From assembly GCA_963845935.1 (NCBI GenBank), contig CAWJTZ010000013.1, forward strand, positions 63,081 through 127,080: a stretch of DNA of 64,000 nt, written 5' to 3'. The notes under the pieces were generated by a model. The model was not told the origin of the DNA, did no database searches, and saw only the letters and a program-made list of their open reading frames with translations. The first letter of the stretch is position 1. Each line of letters opens with the position of its first letter. A program made the translations under genes and the position numbers. Shown piece after piece: positions 1-9,641 of the stretch. The DNA comes from an uncultured Gaiellaceae bacterium (lineage in GTDB: Bacteria; Actinomycetota; Thermoleophilia; Gaiellales; Gaiellaceae).

Positions 1-1072
1 GGCGGTTTCCTGGTCTCGATCGCGCGCGAGGCCGCCTACCAGGCCGACCTGCGCGCGGGCGACCGCGTCCTCTTCTCCACCGACATGGGCTGGATCATGG
101 GTCCGTGGACGGTGACCGGCGCCATGGCGTGCGGTGCGACTGTCGTCTTCATGGAGGGCGCGCCGGACTGGCCCCACGACCGCCTCTGGAAGCTCGTCGA
201 CGAGGAGCGCGTGACGATGCTCGGCGTTTCACCCACGCTCGTGCGCGCCCTCATCCCTCACGGCGACCCGGCCGCCGACCTGTCCTCCCTCCGGACGGTC
301 GTCACGACGGGCGAGCCGTGGAACCGCGGGTCCGTACGACTGGCTGGACGAGCACGTGTGCGGGAAAGGGAGGATCCCGATCGTGAACTGCTCGGGCGGC
401 ACCGAGGTCGGCGCATGCTTCCTCTCAGTGACGATGCTCGCTCCCACGAAGTCCTGCTCGGTCGGCTTCCCTGCCCTCGGTGAGGACGTCGACGTCTTCG
501 ACGACGAGGGCCGCCCGGTGCGCGGTGAGGTCGGCGAGCTCGTCTGCAGGCGCGCGTGGCCGGGCATGACGCGCGGGATCTGGGGCGACCCCGAGCGCTA
601 CCTCGACACGTACTGGCGGCGGTTCCCCGGCGTCTGGACGCACGGTGACTGGGCGTCGATCGACGAGGACGGCTACTGGTTCCTGCACGGCCGCTCCGAC
701 GACACGCTGAACATCGCAGGCAAGCGCATCGGCCCCGCCGAGCTCGAGTCGGCCGCGGTCGGCCATCCGTCCGTCGCGGAGGCTGCGGCGATCGGCGTCC
801 CGCACGACGTGAAGGGCGAGGTCGCCTGGCTGTACTGCGTGCTGGTACCGGGCGCGGACGCGTCGGCGCAGGACGTCGCAGATGCCGTCGCCCACGAGCT
901 CGGCAAGGCTTTCGCGCCCGACCGGGTCGTCTTCGTGTCCGCGCTGCCGAAGACGCGGAGCGCCAAGGTCGTCCGCCGTGCGGTTCGAGCGCGTGCGCTC
1001 GGACAGGATCCCGGCGACCTCTCGACGCTCGAGAATCCCGAGGCGCTGGAGGAGATCGAACGTGTCGCCTGA
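1..1072 (+). pseudogene. AMP-forming acyl-CoA synthetase (acetyl/acetoacetyl-CoA synthetase-like). The 5' end lies outside the window and the frame breaks near 325.
   Basis: Frame 1 from nt 1 reads ...STDMGWIMGPWTVTGAMACGATVVFMEGAPDWP...TTGEPWN. It resumes in frame 2 at ~326 as AGPYDWLDEHVCGKGRIPIVNCSGGTE...LNIAGKRIGPAELE...LPKTRSAKVVRR (ORFs 85..483 and 356..1072). Confidence 0.85.
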
Positions 1073-1843
1073 CTCGCTCGAGGGCGTCGCGCTCGTCACC
1101 GGCGGCGGTCGCGGAATCGGAGCGTCGATCGCTCGCGAGCTCGCCGACGCCGGGATGACGGTCGCAGTCACCGGACGCACACCGGAGACCGATCGAATCG
1201 ATCGCAGCGGAGATCGGCGGTACGGCGCTCCTCGGCGACGTCTCGAGCGCAGACGACGTCGAGCGCTGGGTCGAGACGGTCGAGCAGCGAACTCGGGCCG
1301 ATCGAGCTCCTCGTGTGCAACGCCGGGATCTCCGGTAGCGGCAAGCCGTTCCTCGAGGAGGAGCCGGACGAGTGGTGGCACGTGTTCGAGGTGAACGTGC
1401 TCGGCGCGTATCTCTCCTGTCGCGCGGTCGCGTCGCGGATGGCCGAGCGCGGCCGTGGACGGATCGTCAACGTCGGCAGCGGCGGCTCCTACCTCCCGAT
1501 CACGAACCCGACGGTGGCGCTCGGCACGCCGTACGGCGCCAGCAAGGCGGCGCTCGGCCGCTTCTCGGAGACGCTCGCCGCCGCCCTCGGACCGCTCGGG
1601 ATCCGCGTCTTCCTGATCAGCCCGGGGCTCGTGCGAACGGACATGACCGAGCGCTTCGGCGACGGCGCTGCGTGGACGCCGCCAGAGCTCGCGCCGCAGC
1701 TCGTGCGTGTGCTCGCCTCGGGCCGTGCGGATGCCCTCGCGGGCCGGTACCTCCACGCGGAGCACGACGACGTCGAGGAGCTCATCGGCCGAGCGGACGA
1801 CGTGGTCGCGAACGACCTCAACGCAATCCGACTGCGGCGTTGA
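1062..1843 (+). pseudogene. Short-chain dehydrogenase/reductase (SDR), with two frame switches near 1196 and 1288
   Basis: GTG 1062. VALVTGGGRGIGASIARELADAG (frame 0), SIAAEIGGTALLGDVSSADDVERWVETVEQ (frame 1), ELGPIELLVCNAGI...YGASKAAL...ISPGLVRTDM (frame 2, ORF 1313..1843). Confidence 0.85.
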
Positions 1844-1889
1844 TCGCGTAACGCGGGCTGAACCGCTCGATCCCCTACCCTGCGCCGGC

Positions 1890-2324
1890 GTGCCGTACTT
1901 CATCTGCCCCAACTGCAAGGAGCGCTCCGTCGACCTCGACGGATACGACGGTTTCTCGACGCAGGCTGTCCAGTGCCGCAGCTGCGCGTTCGGATTCCTG
2001 TTCGAGCTCCTGGAGGACTACTACCCCGCCCCGGAGACCGGCTTCGTCGTCTGCGACCGCGACACGCGCGTCCTCGCCGCTGGAAGGGGCGTGTTCGAGC
2101 TGACGGGCTACCGCGACGCCGACCTGATCGGCCGGGACGTCGTGGAAGCGCTCGCCCTCTCCGATGTCGCCCCGATCGAAGTCGTGCGCGAGTGGGGCGT
2201 CCGGAAGCTGGGTCAGGAGCTCGAGATCCGCACGCGTGCGGGTATCGAGAAGCGCGTCGTCGTCGACTTCTTTCCCGCATACGACGACGACGGCGGGCTG
2301 CTGCTCGCGCTCACGCCGCGCTAG
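1890..2324 (+). CDS. Zinc-ribbon + PAS-like small sensor protein
   Basis: In-frame GTG at 1890 within ORF 1707..2324. ICPNCK...CRSCAF cysteine pairs are followed by a PAS-like stretch, GFVVCDRDTRVLAAGRGVFELTGYRDADLIGRDV. Confidence 0.55.
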   Translation: MPYFICPNCKERSVDLDGYDGFSTQAVQCRSCAFGFLFELLEDYYPAPETGFVVCDRDTRVLAAGRGVFELTGYRDADLIGRDVVEALALSDVAPIEVVREWGVRKLGQELEIRTRAGIEKRVVVDFFPAYDDDGGLLLALTPR

Positions 2325-2991
2325 GGGACTGCGGAGCGATCCAGGTCTGGCGGGCGAGGGCGAGAAGCTCGCCGTCCGGCGCGAACAGGGCCGTCCCCGC
2401 ATAGAGCTTTCGGCCGTCTTCGCCGAGGGGCCAGCTGGCGACCACCAACTCGTCGCCGGCGTCCGGAACCCGGTCGATGCGTGCCGTCATGCGGCCGAGA
2501 ACGATGTCCCCGCGACCCTCGGCGCCGACCGCGTACGCGCCGGGACAGTCGACGGCAGCCCAGACGAACTCGGGTCCAGTCTCTCGCAATGCGACCGGAG
2601 CAGCGTGCAACGGCTCGCGGCCGGCGACCGGTCCGACACGGATCTCCAGGCCGTCGTCCCGCACGCCGCACACGTAGCACTCGCGGAAGTCCGGGCTCCA
2701 GTCGCGGGCGTGTCGCTCGCGTGCCGCGACGGCATCCTCGACGGACACGGGCGCCGGCCGATCGACCTCGACCGCCGAGGGCCGCGCCTCGGCGACGAGC
2801 ACGTCGCCGTCGAGGAGAAGCGCCCTTCCATCCTCGTGCTCGACGGAGAGCGGGCGATCGAGCGGGGGTGGCAGCCGAAGCGTGACCTCGACCTCCTCGG
2901 CGTCCACGAACGCGGCGAGCCGTCCGCACGCATAGCCGCCGTTCGCCGACGTCAGCGGACCCCGATAGCGCCGCGGCAGGACGATCTCCAT
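2311..2991 (-). CDS. Hotdog-fold (thioesterase-like) protein
   Basis: 226-aa ORF with coding-like composition. The C-terminal IVLGRMTARIDRVPDAGDELVVASWPLGEDGRKLYAGTALF resembles hotdog thioesterases. Family assignment is from memory only. Confidence 0.5.
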   Translation of the reverse strand: MEIVLPRRYRGPLTSANGGYACGRLAAFVDAEEVEVTLRLPPPLDRPLSVEHEDGRALLLDGDVLVAEARPSAVEVDRPAPVSVEDAVAARERHARDWSPDFRECYVCGVRDDGLEIRVGPVAGREPLHAAPVALRETGPEFVWAAVDCPGAYAVGAEGRGDIVLGRMTARIDRVPDAGDELVVASWPLGEDGRKLYAGTALFAPDGELLALARQTWIAPQSPSAA

Positions 2992-3038
2992 GCCGGGACA
3001 CTAGTTAGACTGGGGTTTGTGACTGTGAGGCGAAAACC

Positions 3039-4751
3039 TTGAGGATCGCGCTCGCGCAGCTCGACTGCGTCGTCGGCGACCTCGCAGGCAACCGGGCGAA
3101 GATCCTCCGCAACCTCGAGGACGCGCGCGCTGCCGGGGCCGACCTCGTCCTCTTCCCCGAGCTCGCGACGACGGGATATCCGCCCGAGGACCTCCTCCTC
3201 CGGCCGGGGTTCGTCCGCGCAGCACAGGAGTCGCTCGAGGCGATCGCGACCGAGACGGAGGGCATCACCGCGCTGGTCGGAACCCCGTGGTTCGACCGCG
3301 ATCTCGCGAACGCGTGTGCCGTGTGCGCCAACGGACGCGTGGAGGCGATCTACCGCAAACACTTCCTCCCGAACTACGGCGTGTTCGACGAGCACCGCTA
3401 CTTCGCGGAGGGCCGTGAACTCGTCCTCCTCCGGATCGGGGACGCGACCGTCGGGCTCACGATCTGCGAGGACGTCTGGCAGCCGGGCCCGCCTGCGACG
3501 GACCTCGCGCTCGCGGGAGCGCAGCTGATCGTGAACCTCTCGGCGTCTCCGTTCCACGTCGGCAAGGCCGAGGACCGCGAGGAGATGCTCGTGACGCGCG
3601 CTCGCGACACGAGCTCCTACTTCGCGTTCTGCAATCTCGTCGGCGGACAGGACGAACTCGTCTTCGACGGCCACTCCGTCGTCCTCGACGACGCGGGCGA
3701 AGTCGTCGCCCGCGCCTCCGGCTTCGCCGAGGAGCTTCTGCTCGTCGACCTGGATCCCGTCGACGCCACTGGCCGCCGGCTCCGCGACGCACGTCGCCGT
3801 GAGTTCGGACGCTCTCGCGAGGTCGCTCCGCCGGTGGAGACCGTCGAGCTCGGCGGCCCACGCGTCCAGGACGGCGAGCTTCGGCCGGTGGTGGTGCCGT
3901 TCGCCCCCGAGCTCGAGCAGATGCGGCTCGCTCTGATCCTCGGTCTCCGCGACTACGTCGAGAAGAACGGTTTCAACGATGTCGTCGTCGGCGTCTCGGG
4001 CGGCATCGACTCGGCGGTGACCGCTGCATTGTGTGCCGAAGCGCTCGGCGCAGAGCGCGTGCACTGCGTCTCGATGCCGTCGCGGTTCAGCTCGGAGGGG
4101 ACGCGGAGCGATGCGCGTCGCGTCGCAGAGGCGCTCGGCTGCTCGTTTCGCGAGATCCCGATCGAGGCGGCTGTTGCCTCGTTCGCGGACGTCCTTGCGC
4201 CCGAGATCGAGGGCGGGATCGCCGGCCTCGCCGCCGAGAATCTCCAGGCCCGCGTCCGCGGTGTGCTGCTGATGGCGCTCTCGAACACGTACGGGTGGCT
4301 GGTGGTCTCGACGGGGAACAAGTCGGAGCTCGCGGTCGGCTACTCGACGCTCTACGGCGACATGGTCGGCGGCTTCGCACTCCTGAAGGACGTCTTCAAG
4401 ACGGACGTCTACCGCCTGGCGGAGCATCTGAACGCACATGCGGGACGCGAGCTGATCCCACACACGACGATCGAGCGTGCGCCCAGCGCAGAGCTGCGCG
4501 ACGACCAGCGCGACTCGGACTCGATCCCACCGTACGACGCGCTCGACCCCGTCCTCGAGGCCTACGTCGAGGAGGACCGGTCACGCGAGGAGCTGCTCGA
4601 GGAGTTCGAGCCCGCAGTGGTCGAGCGAGCGGTGGCGCTCGTCGATCGTGCCGAGTACAAGCGCCGCCAGGCGCCACCCGGCGTGAAGCTCCGACCGAAG
4701 GCGTTCGGCCGGGATCGGCGCACGCCGATCACGAATCGCTGGAGGGATTGA
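3039..4751 (+). CDS. nadE: Glutamine-dependent NAD+ synthetase
   Basis: 570-aa ORF with TTG start. N-terminal CN-hydrolase domain (LVLFPELATTGYPPEDLL, ICEDVW) plus NAD synthetase domain (VGVSGGIDSAV PP-loop, SELAVGYSTLYGD). Confidence 0.95.
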   Translation: MRIALAQLDCVVGDLAGNRAKILRNLEDARAAGADLVLFPELATTGYPPEDLLLRPGFVRAAQESLEAIATETEGITALVGTPWFDRDLANACAVCANGRVEAIYRKHFLPNYGVFDEHRYFAEGRELVLLRIGDATVGLTICEDVWQPGPPATDLALAGAQLIVNLSASPFHVGKAEDREEMLVTRARDTSSYFAFCNLVGGQDELVFDGHSVVLDDAGEVVARASGFAEELLLVDLDPVDATGRRLRDARRREFGRSREVAPPVETVELGGPRVQDGELRPVVVPFAPELEQMRLALILGLRDYVEKNGFNDVVVGVSGGIDSAVTAALCAEALGAERVHCVSMPSRFSSEGTRSDARRVAEALGCSFREIPIEAAVASFADVLAPEIEGGIAGLAAENLQARVRGVLLMALSNTYGWLVVSTGNKSELAVGYSTLYGDMVGGFALLKDVFKTDVYRLAEHLNAHAGRELIPHTTIERAPSAELRDDQRDSDSIPPYDALDPVLEAYVEEDRSREELLEEFEPAVVERAVALVDRAEYKRRQAPPGVKLRPKAFGRDRRTPITNRWRD

Positions 4752-4872
4752 CCAGCCCCATCGGCGGGCTCCTGGGCCGGCCGGTGCGGCACCGGAACTC
4801 GAAGCGGACGAGAAGAGATCTCGGGTTCGGCGAGAACGATCGCACGCGCGGCGCTTGCGAAGCGGAGTTCGC

Positions 4873-5487
4873 TCAGGACGCGAGATCGTGCAGTGCGGCG
4901 AACCAGCGAAGCCGCTCTTCCCACGTGACGGCGGCGTTCGCCGGCGAGGTCGAGGGAAGCACGAACAACTTCGTCGGTCCGAGCATCCGCTTTTGGAGCC
5001 CGTGCTCGGGTCGCTCGCGAAAGGGTCCGTGGTACGCGACCTTCCCCACGAACGCGATGACGCTCGGCTCGAGCTCGAGGGCGATCGCCTCGAGCCGCTC
5101 GCGGGCTCCCGCGAAGTCAGCGGCGCGGAGGTCGCTCGAGCCGCGTGTCGTCCGTCGCGCAGCATTCGTCAGCCCGATGCCGAAGTCGAGCAGCGTCCGC
5201 TGTTCGCGAGGCTCGAGCTGCCGCGGCGTGAACCCGGCGGCATACAGCAGCCGCCAGAAGTCGTTGCGCGGATTCGCGAAGGCGGCGCCCGTGGCCGCAC
5301 TCGCCAGACCGGGATTGATGCCGCAGAAGAGAACGGAGAAAGCCCGGCAAGCCGGGCCCTCTCCGTCGAAGTGTTTCCGTCGAGCTAGACGGCGACCAAG
5401 ACGCGGTCGCTGGTAGCGACGACGCGGCCGCTCGTGATCTTGGGCTCGTTGGGGAGAATCGTGTCGAGCTTCTCCTCGCGGATCCAC
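4873..5487 (-). CDS. mug: G:T/U mismatch-specific uracil-DNA glycosylase (Mug family); start codon uncertain
   Basis: FSVLFCGINPGLASAATGAAFANPRNDFWRLLY...LFVLPSTSPANA is typical of Mug. The only in-frame ATG/GTG/TTG upstream of the conserved core is at 5487, and it overlaps the neighbouring gene by 103 nt. Confidence 0.75.
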   Translation of the reverse strand: MDPRGEARHDSPQRAQDHERPRRRYQRPRLGRRLARRKHFDGEGPACRAFSVLFCGINPGLASAATGAAFANPRNDFWRLLYAAGFTPRQLEPREQRTLLDFGIGLTNAARRTTRGSSDLRAADFAGARERLEAIALELEPSVIAFVGKVAYHGPFRERPEHGLQKRMLGPTKLFVLPSTSPANAAVTWEERLRWFAALHDLAS

Positions 5488-5699
5488 GTTGTGACGAGCT
5501 TCTTCGACTCCATACCCTGCTCAGGCGTGTCGAAGAGACTGAGCGAGCTGAAGACGCCGCTGCCGGCCTCGATCAGGAAGTAGCCCTTGAACCCGGGCAG
5601 CTTCTCGATCTTCGGGACGAAGGTCTCATTGACCTTGCTGGTCAACTCGGCCGAGCGATTCTGGTCCACACCGTCGTAACGGCGAATGGTGGCATGCAT
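5385..5699 (-). CDS. Antibiotic-biosynthesis-monooxygenase (ABM/Dabb)-like small protein
   Basis: ATG at 5699 is preceded by GGAG (rc of 5706-5709). 104 aa, MHATIRRYDGVDQNRSAELTSKVNETFVPKIEKLPGFKGYFLIEAG..., a ferredoxin-like ABM pattern. Confidence 0.7.
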   Translation of the reverse strand: MHATIRRYDGVDQNRSAELTSKVNETFVPKIEKLPGFKGYFLIEAGSGVFSSLSLFDTPEQGMESKKLVTTWIREEKLDTILPNEPKITSGRVVATSDRVLVAV

Positions 5700-6001
5700 G
5701 TGATGCTCCTTCGTTCCTTTCGGGACAGGAAAGCTCAAATGAACTCCCTGCTGCGCTCGGGCCGGTGGTACTACCAAAGAGGAAAGACGAAACCTCGGCG
5801 GCTCAAAGACGAGGCCAAGCGCTGAAGCCACCATAGCTGCGATACCCCACCCGCCGTGTTGCGTCTCGCAAAGCCGCTCCCCGACTGACCTCGCGTGCGG
5901 GGTCCGCTGACGGTAGGCACCCGGGATCGATGGACAATAAGGAATACTCCTCAAGACGAGTCGAACGTCGGGCGCGAGGACGTCCGGAACGACCGAGTCG
6001 G

Positions 6002-6190
6002 TCAGGCGGCTTCCGGCTCGCGCGCGTCGAGGCGGAGCTCGAGGAGCATCCGCAGCTTCTCGCCGACGTCGCTCGACTCCGGCGGCGGCGCTCCATCGCG
6101 CGGGAGCACCTTGACAGTGTCCTCGGTATGGCGCCAGCCGTAGCAGCGCTCGTAGCACTCTGCTTCGCTGAGCGTCCGAAGCCGCTCCAT
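6002..6190 (-). CDS. Small hypothetical protein (62 aa)
   Basis: ATG 6190. MERLRTLSEAECYERCYGWRHTEDTVKVLPRDG... has GC-rich third positions consistent with coding. No family recognised. Confidence 0.35.
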   Translation of the reverse strand: MERLRTLSEAECYERCYGWRHTEDTVKVLPRDGAPPPESSDVGEKLRMLLELRLDAREPEAA

Positions 6191-6245
6191 GCGCTCGCAG
6201 GCTAGGTCACGATCCGGACGGCGCGGGGTAGGCTCCACCTCGTCC

Positions 6246-7409
6246 GTGAGCACTACCGCCCTCGATATCGCAGCGGTCCGCGCGCGCTTTTCCGCACTCG
6301 ACCGGCGCCTCGCGTTCTTCGACGGTCCCGGCGGGACCCAGTGTCCCGACGAGGTCATCGACGCGATCGCGCGCTACCTTCGCGAGGACAACGCGAACAT
6401 CGGGGCGCCGTACGAGACGAGCGTTCGGACGGTCGAGCTCGTCGACCTTGCGCACGACACCGCCGGACGGTTTCTCGGCTGCTCGGCGGACGAGACCGCG
6501 TTCGGGCAGAGCATGACCTCGCTCAACTTCCTCCTCAGCCGCGCGTTCGCGCGGACCCTGCACCCGGGCGACGAGATCGTCCACACGGCGCTCGACCACG
6601 ACGCCAACGTCTCGCCGTGGCTCGAGATCGCGCATGACATGGACGTCACCGTCCGCGTCGCACGACTGACCGACGATCTGGAAGTGGACTACGCCGACCT
6701 GGAGCGCCAGCTGTCGGATCGCACGCGCGTCGTCGCGTTCCCGCTCGCGGCCAACTCGGTTGGCACGGCTCCGGACGCCCGCCGCATCGTCGAGCTCGCC
6801 CACTCGGTCGGCGCACTTGCCTGGGCGGACGCTGTCCATTACGGGCCGCACGGTCCGATCGACGTGGGCGCCTGGGACGTCGACGTCCTCATCTGCTCGC
6901 CGTACAAGTACTTCGGCCCGCACATGGGCCTCGCGTTCGGGAAGCAGGAGCTGCTCGAGTCGTGGCGCCCCTACAAGGTACGTCCGGCCGCGAACGAGCC
7001 CGTGGCACACCGCTTCGAGCTGGGGACGAGTCAGCACGAGCTCCTCGCCGGATTCGTCGCGGCGGTCGAGTACATGGAGTCGCTCGGCTGGGAAGCGATG
7101 CTCGGACACGAGCGGGCTCTCGGAGATCGCTTTCTGGCAGCGCTGCCGGCGACGATCGACCTCTACGGGCTGCGCACGATGGACGGACGCGTCCCGACCT
7201 TCTGCTTCAACGTCGCGGGCCACGCGCCCGAGGCCGTCGCCAGGTTCCTCGCGGAGCGCGAGATCGCCGTGTGGCACGGCGACTACTACGCGGTCGAGAC
7301 GATGAAGCATCTCGGGCTGGACGACGGCGCCGTGCGCGCCGGCATCGTCCACTACAACACCGAGGACGAGGTCGACCGCCTGCTCGAGGGTCTCGCCGCG
7401 CTGGCGTGA
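6246..7409 (+). CDS. Class V aminotransferase / cysteine desulfurase-like PLP enzyme
   Basis: ORF 6189..7409; the likely start is GTG 6246 (VSTTALDIAAVRARF). FFDGPGGTQCPDEVIDAI...LICSPYKYFGPHMGLAFGK...AVRAGIVHYNTEDEVDRL. Confidence 0.85.
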   Translation: MSTTALDIAAVRARFSALDRRLAFFDGPGGTQCPDEVIDAIARYLREDNANIGAPYETSVRTVELVDLAHDTAGRFLGCSADETAFGQSMTSLNFLLSRAFARTLHPGDEIVHTALDHDANVSPWLEIAHDMDVTVRVARLTDDLEVDYADLERQLSDRTRVVAFPLAANSVGTAPDARRIVELAHSVGALAWADAVHYGPHGPIDVGAWDVDVLICSPYKYFGPHMGLAFGKQELLESWRPYKVRPAANEPVAHRFELGTSQHELLAGFVAAVEYMESLGWEAMLGHERALGDRFLAALPATIDLYGLRTMDGRVPTFCFNVAGHAPEAVARFLAEREIAVWHGDYYAVETMKHLGLDDGAVRAGIVHYNTEDEVDRLLEGLAALA

Positions 7410-8377
7410 GGCTGCTCCTTCTCGGCGGCCCGAGGTTCCTCGGCCGCGCGATCACGGACTCCGCGCTCGAGCGCGGACACGAGATCGCTTTCTTCAACCG
7501 CGGCACGACGAACCCCGAGCTGTACCCGGAGGTCGAGCGGCTCGTCGGCGACCGTGCTTCGGATCTGGCGGCGCTGGCCGGGCGGGAGTGGGACGCGGTG
7601 ATCGACACGTCCGGCTACGTGCCCGCCGCGGTCCGCGCGTCGGCCGAGATGCTCGCCGACTCGGGCCTCTACTGCTTCGTCTCCAGCGTGTCGGTGTACG
7701 CGGACTTCACACATCCGGCCGACGAGGAGAGCCCGGTGGCGGCGCTCGGCGACCTCGCCGACGACGAGGTCACGGGCGAGAGCTACGGAGCGCTGAAGGC
7801 GCTGTGCGAAGAGCGGGCCCGCGACGTCTTCGGCGATCGCGCGCTCGTCGTCCGCCCGGGGCTCATCGTCGGGCCGCACGACCCGACCGGCCGCTTCACG
7901 TACTGGCCACACCGAGTCGCGCTCGGAGGAGAAGTACTCGCGCCCGGCCCATCCGACCGCCCGACGCAGTTCATCGACGTCCGGGATCTCGCGGAGTGGA
8001 TGCTCGGTGTATGCGAGCGCGGTCTCGGCGGCACGTTCAACGCGACCCATCCGGGAGTCGAGTGGGGGGAGTTGCTCGACGCATGCGCGAGGGAAGCTGC
8101 GAGCGATGCCCGGCCCACGTGGGTGACAGACGAGTTCCTCGTCGAGCAGGAGGTCGGCGAGTGGATGGAGCTGCCGCTCTGGGTGTCTGCACTCGACCCC
8201 GCCGCTGCCTACTTCGATCGTGTGGACGTCAGCCGCGCACTCGAGGAGAGCTTGGCGTTCCGGCCGCTCTCGGACACCATTCGCGGCACACTCGACCTCG
8301 CCGAGACGACCGACGCCGCGGGTCTCGCCCACGAGCGCGAGACGGCGCTGCTCGCGGAGTGGCATGGCCGCGGGTAA
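7406..8377 (+). CDS. NAD-dependent epimerase/dehydratase family protein
   Basis: GTG 7406 overlaps the upstream stop (GTGA). VRLLLLGGPRFLGRAITDSALERGHEIAFFNRG Rossmann N-terminus; YGALKALCE. Confidence 0.8.
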   Translation: MRLLLLGGPRFLGRAITDSALERGHEIAFFNRGTTNPELYPEVERLVGDRASDLAALAGREWDAVIDTSGYVPAAVRASAEMLADSGLYCFVSSVSVYADFTHPADEESPVAALGDLADDEVTGESYGALKALCEERARDVFGDRALVVRPGLIVGPHDPTGRFTYWPHRVALGGEVLAPGPSDRPTQFIDVRDLAEWMLGVCERGLGGTFNATHPGVEWGELLDACAREAASDARPTWVTDEFLVEQEVGEWMELPLWVSALDPAAAYFDRVDVSRALEESLAFRPLSDTIRGTLDLAETTDAAGLAHERETALLAEWHGRG

Positions 8378-8681
8378 GGACTACTCGGGCACGCCGCTCT
8401 CACAGAAGCTCGGCGCGAAGCCCGGGAGCGGCGTCGTCGTCTTCTTCACAACGACCCGCGAGGAACTCGAGCGACGCTTCGACTTGCTCAAGCGGACACT
8501 GGATCCGGCGGACGGCCTCTGGATCGCGTGGCCGAAGAAGGCCGCCAAGATCGACGGCGACCTGACGTTCGAGGCGGTGCAGGAGATCGGCCTCGCGCAC
8601 GGGCTCGTCGACAACAAGAGCTGCTCGATCGACGATCACTGGCAGGCGTTGCGCTTCGTTTACCGACTCGCTGATCGCTAG
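8364..8681 (+). CDS. DUF3052-like protein
   Basis: ATG 8364 within ORF 8220..8681. MAAGKDYSGTPLSQKLGAKPGSGVVVFF...LWIAWPKKAAKIDGDLTFEAVQ. Confidence 0.65.
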   Translation: MAAGKDYSGTPLSQKLGAKPGSGVVVFFTTTREELERRFDLLKRTLDPADGLWIAWPKKAAKIDGDLTFEAVQEIGLAHGLVDNKSCSIDDHWQALRFVYRLADR

Positions 8682-8715
8682 GCGCGCGGTCGAGTCCTGA
8701 CTCTGCCCGGTCTAG

Positions 8716-9615
8716 CTAGGAATCCGCCTCGCCACTCGTCCAATCCTGGGCCTGCCGTGCGCGGTCCCACGGCTCCTCGTCCCAGCGGATCATGTCCGGG
8801 TCGATGCCGCGGGCGTCCGCGAGATCGCACGTCAGGAGCTGGAAGCGGACGATGTCGACAACCGGATGCGTGGTCGGCACCAGGAGCGCATCGCAGCCGA
8901 GCTCCCCGAGAGCGCGCATCGCATCGACCGCGCGCTCGGCCGCCCGCCCCTCTCCCTCGAGGACGAAGCAACGCACCGAGGAGTCGATCGCAGCGAGATG
9001 GCCGTGGAGCAGCTGCTCCGTGTGGTGCGCCTCGGCGGCGACGTGCGCGCCCTCGCGGAGCTTGAGCACGGCCTCGAGGACGGTCGCCGTGTCACGCCCG
9101 GCGCCAACCACGATGAAGCGTTCGTGCTCGGACACACCGAACGGCTCGCGGTCGAGCTCGCGGAAGACCTCGGCGGGGAGACGGGAGACGTCCTCGCCCT
9201 GCAGAGCCCGGCCCGCTGCGACGGCACAGGTGTAGCTCACCGTGTGGCAGTAGCTCTCCTCGATCGCCGGCGTGGCCACGACCACGTGATCGACAGACTT
9301 CGCGATCGCGCTGTCGGCGGCGCCGGTGACGAGCCACGTCTCCCCTGCGAACCCGCTGATCGCCTCCTGCGTGAGGCGCGTCCCGCCCTCGTGCGAGATC
9401 GCGACGAGCACATCGGCCTCGTGCGCGCGCCCCAGCACCATCTCGAGCGCCTGCGCGGCGTTCCCGCATGCGAGCGCGGCGTGAAACGACGTGCCGCAGC
9501 CCGTGAAGAGAACGCGCGCGTCCTCCGGGAGTCGGAGGTCGCCGACGCGTTCGGGCACCTGCGCTAGCCACTCGGGCTGCGCGGCGATGGCCTGACGGGT
9601 CAGCTGTCCGGGCAC
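8716..9615 (-). CDS. SIS-domain sugar isomerase/deglycase-like protein
   Basis: 299-aa ORF with GTG start. VLFTGCGTSFHAALAC...VLVAISHEGGT (SIS motif) plus a second SIS-like half. Confidence 0.75.
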   Translation of the reverse strand: MPGQLTRQAIAAQPEWLAQVPERVGDLRLPEDARVLFTGCGTSFHAALACGNAAQALEMVLGRAHEADVLVAISHEGGTRLTQEAISGFAGETWLVTGAADSAIAKSVDHVVVATPAIEESYCHTVSYTCAVAAGRALQGEDVSRLPAEVFRELDREPFGVSEHERFIVVGAGRDTATVLEAVLKLREGAHVAAEAHHTEQLLHGHLAAIDSSVRCFVLEGEGRAAERAVDAMRALGELGCDALLVPTTHPVVDIVRFQLLTCDLADARGIDPDMIRWDEEPWDRARQAQDWTSGEADS

Positions 9616-9641
9616 GAAGGCTGTCTATACCATCGCGCGAC

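Noticed and set aside
425-1918. Very long ORFs antisense to, or out of frame with, recognisable genes. Examples: 425..1918 (-), 2952..4463 (-), 9600..11024 (-), 15304..17229 (-), 17967..18995 (-), 33677..35623 (-), 38605..40476 (-), 57762..60545 (+), 60457..62001 (-).
   Set aside because: Their translations are Arg/Ala/Gly/Pro-rich low-complexity strings with no family motifs. Each overlaps a gene with clear motifs. This is the usual stop-codon-poor shadow ORF effect at about 70% GC.
5860-5900. A possible c-di-GMP-I (GEMM) riboswitch, suggested by a CGCAAAGCC-like string
   Set aside because: Only that short string resembles the consensus. The paired GNRA/receptor helices and conserved flanks are not present. 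The orientation relative to the nearby genes also does not fit.
5941-5975. Additional GGAAT motifs (5941 and 8719) as further SigH/SigR-type promoters
   Set aside because: Neither has GTT at the required 17-19 nt spacing.
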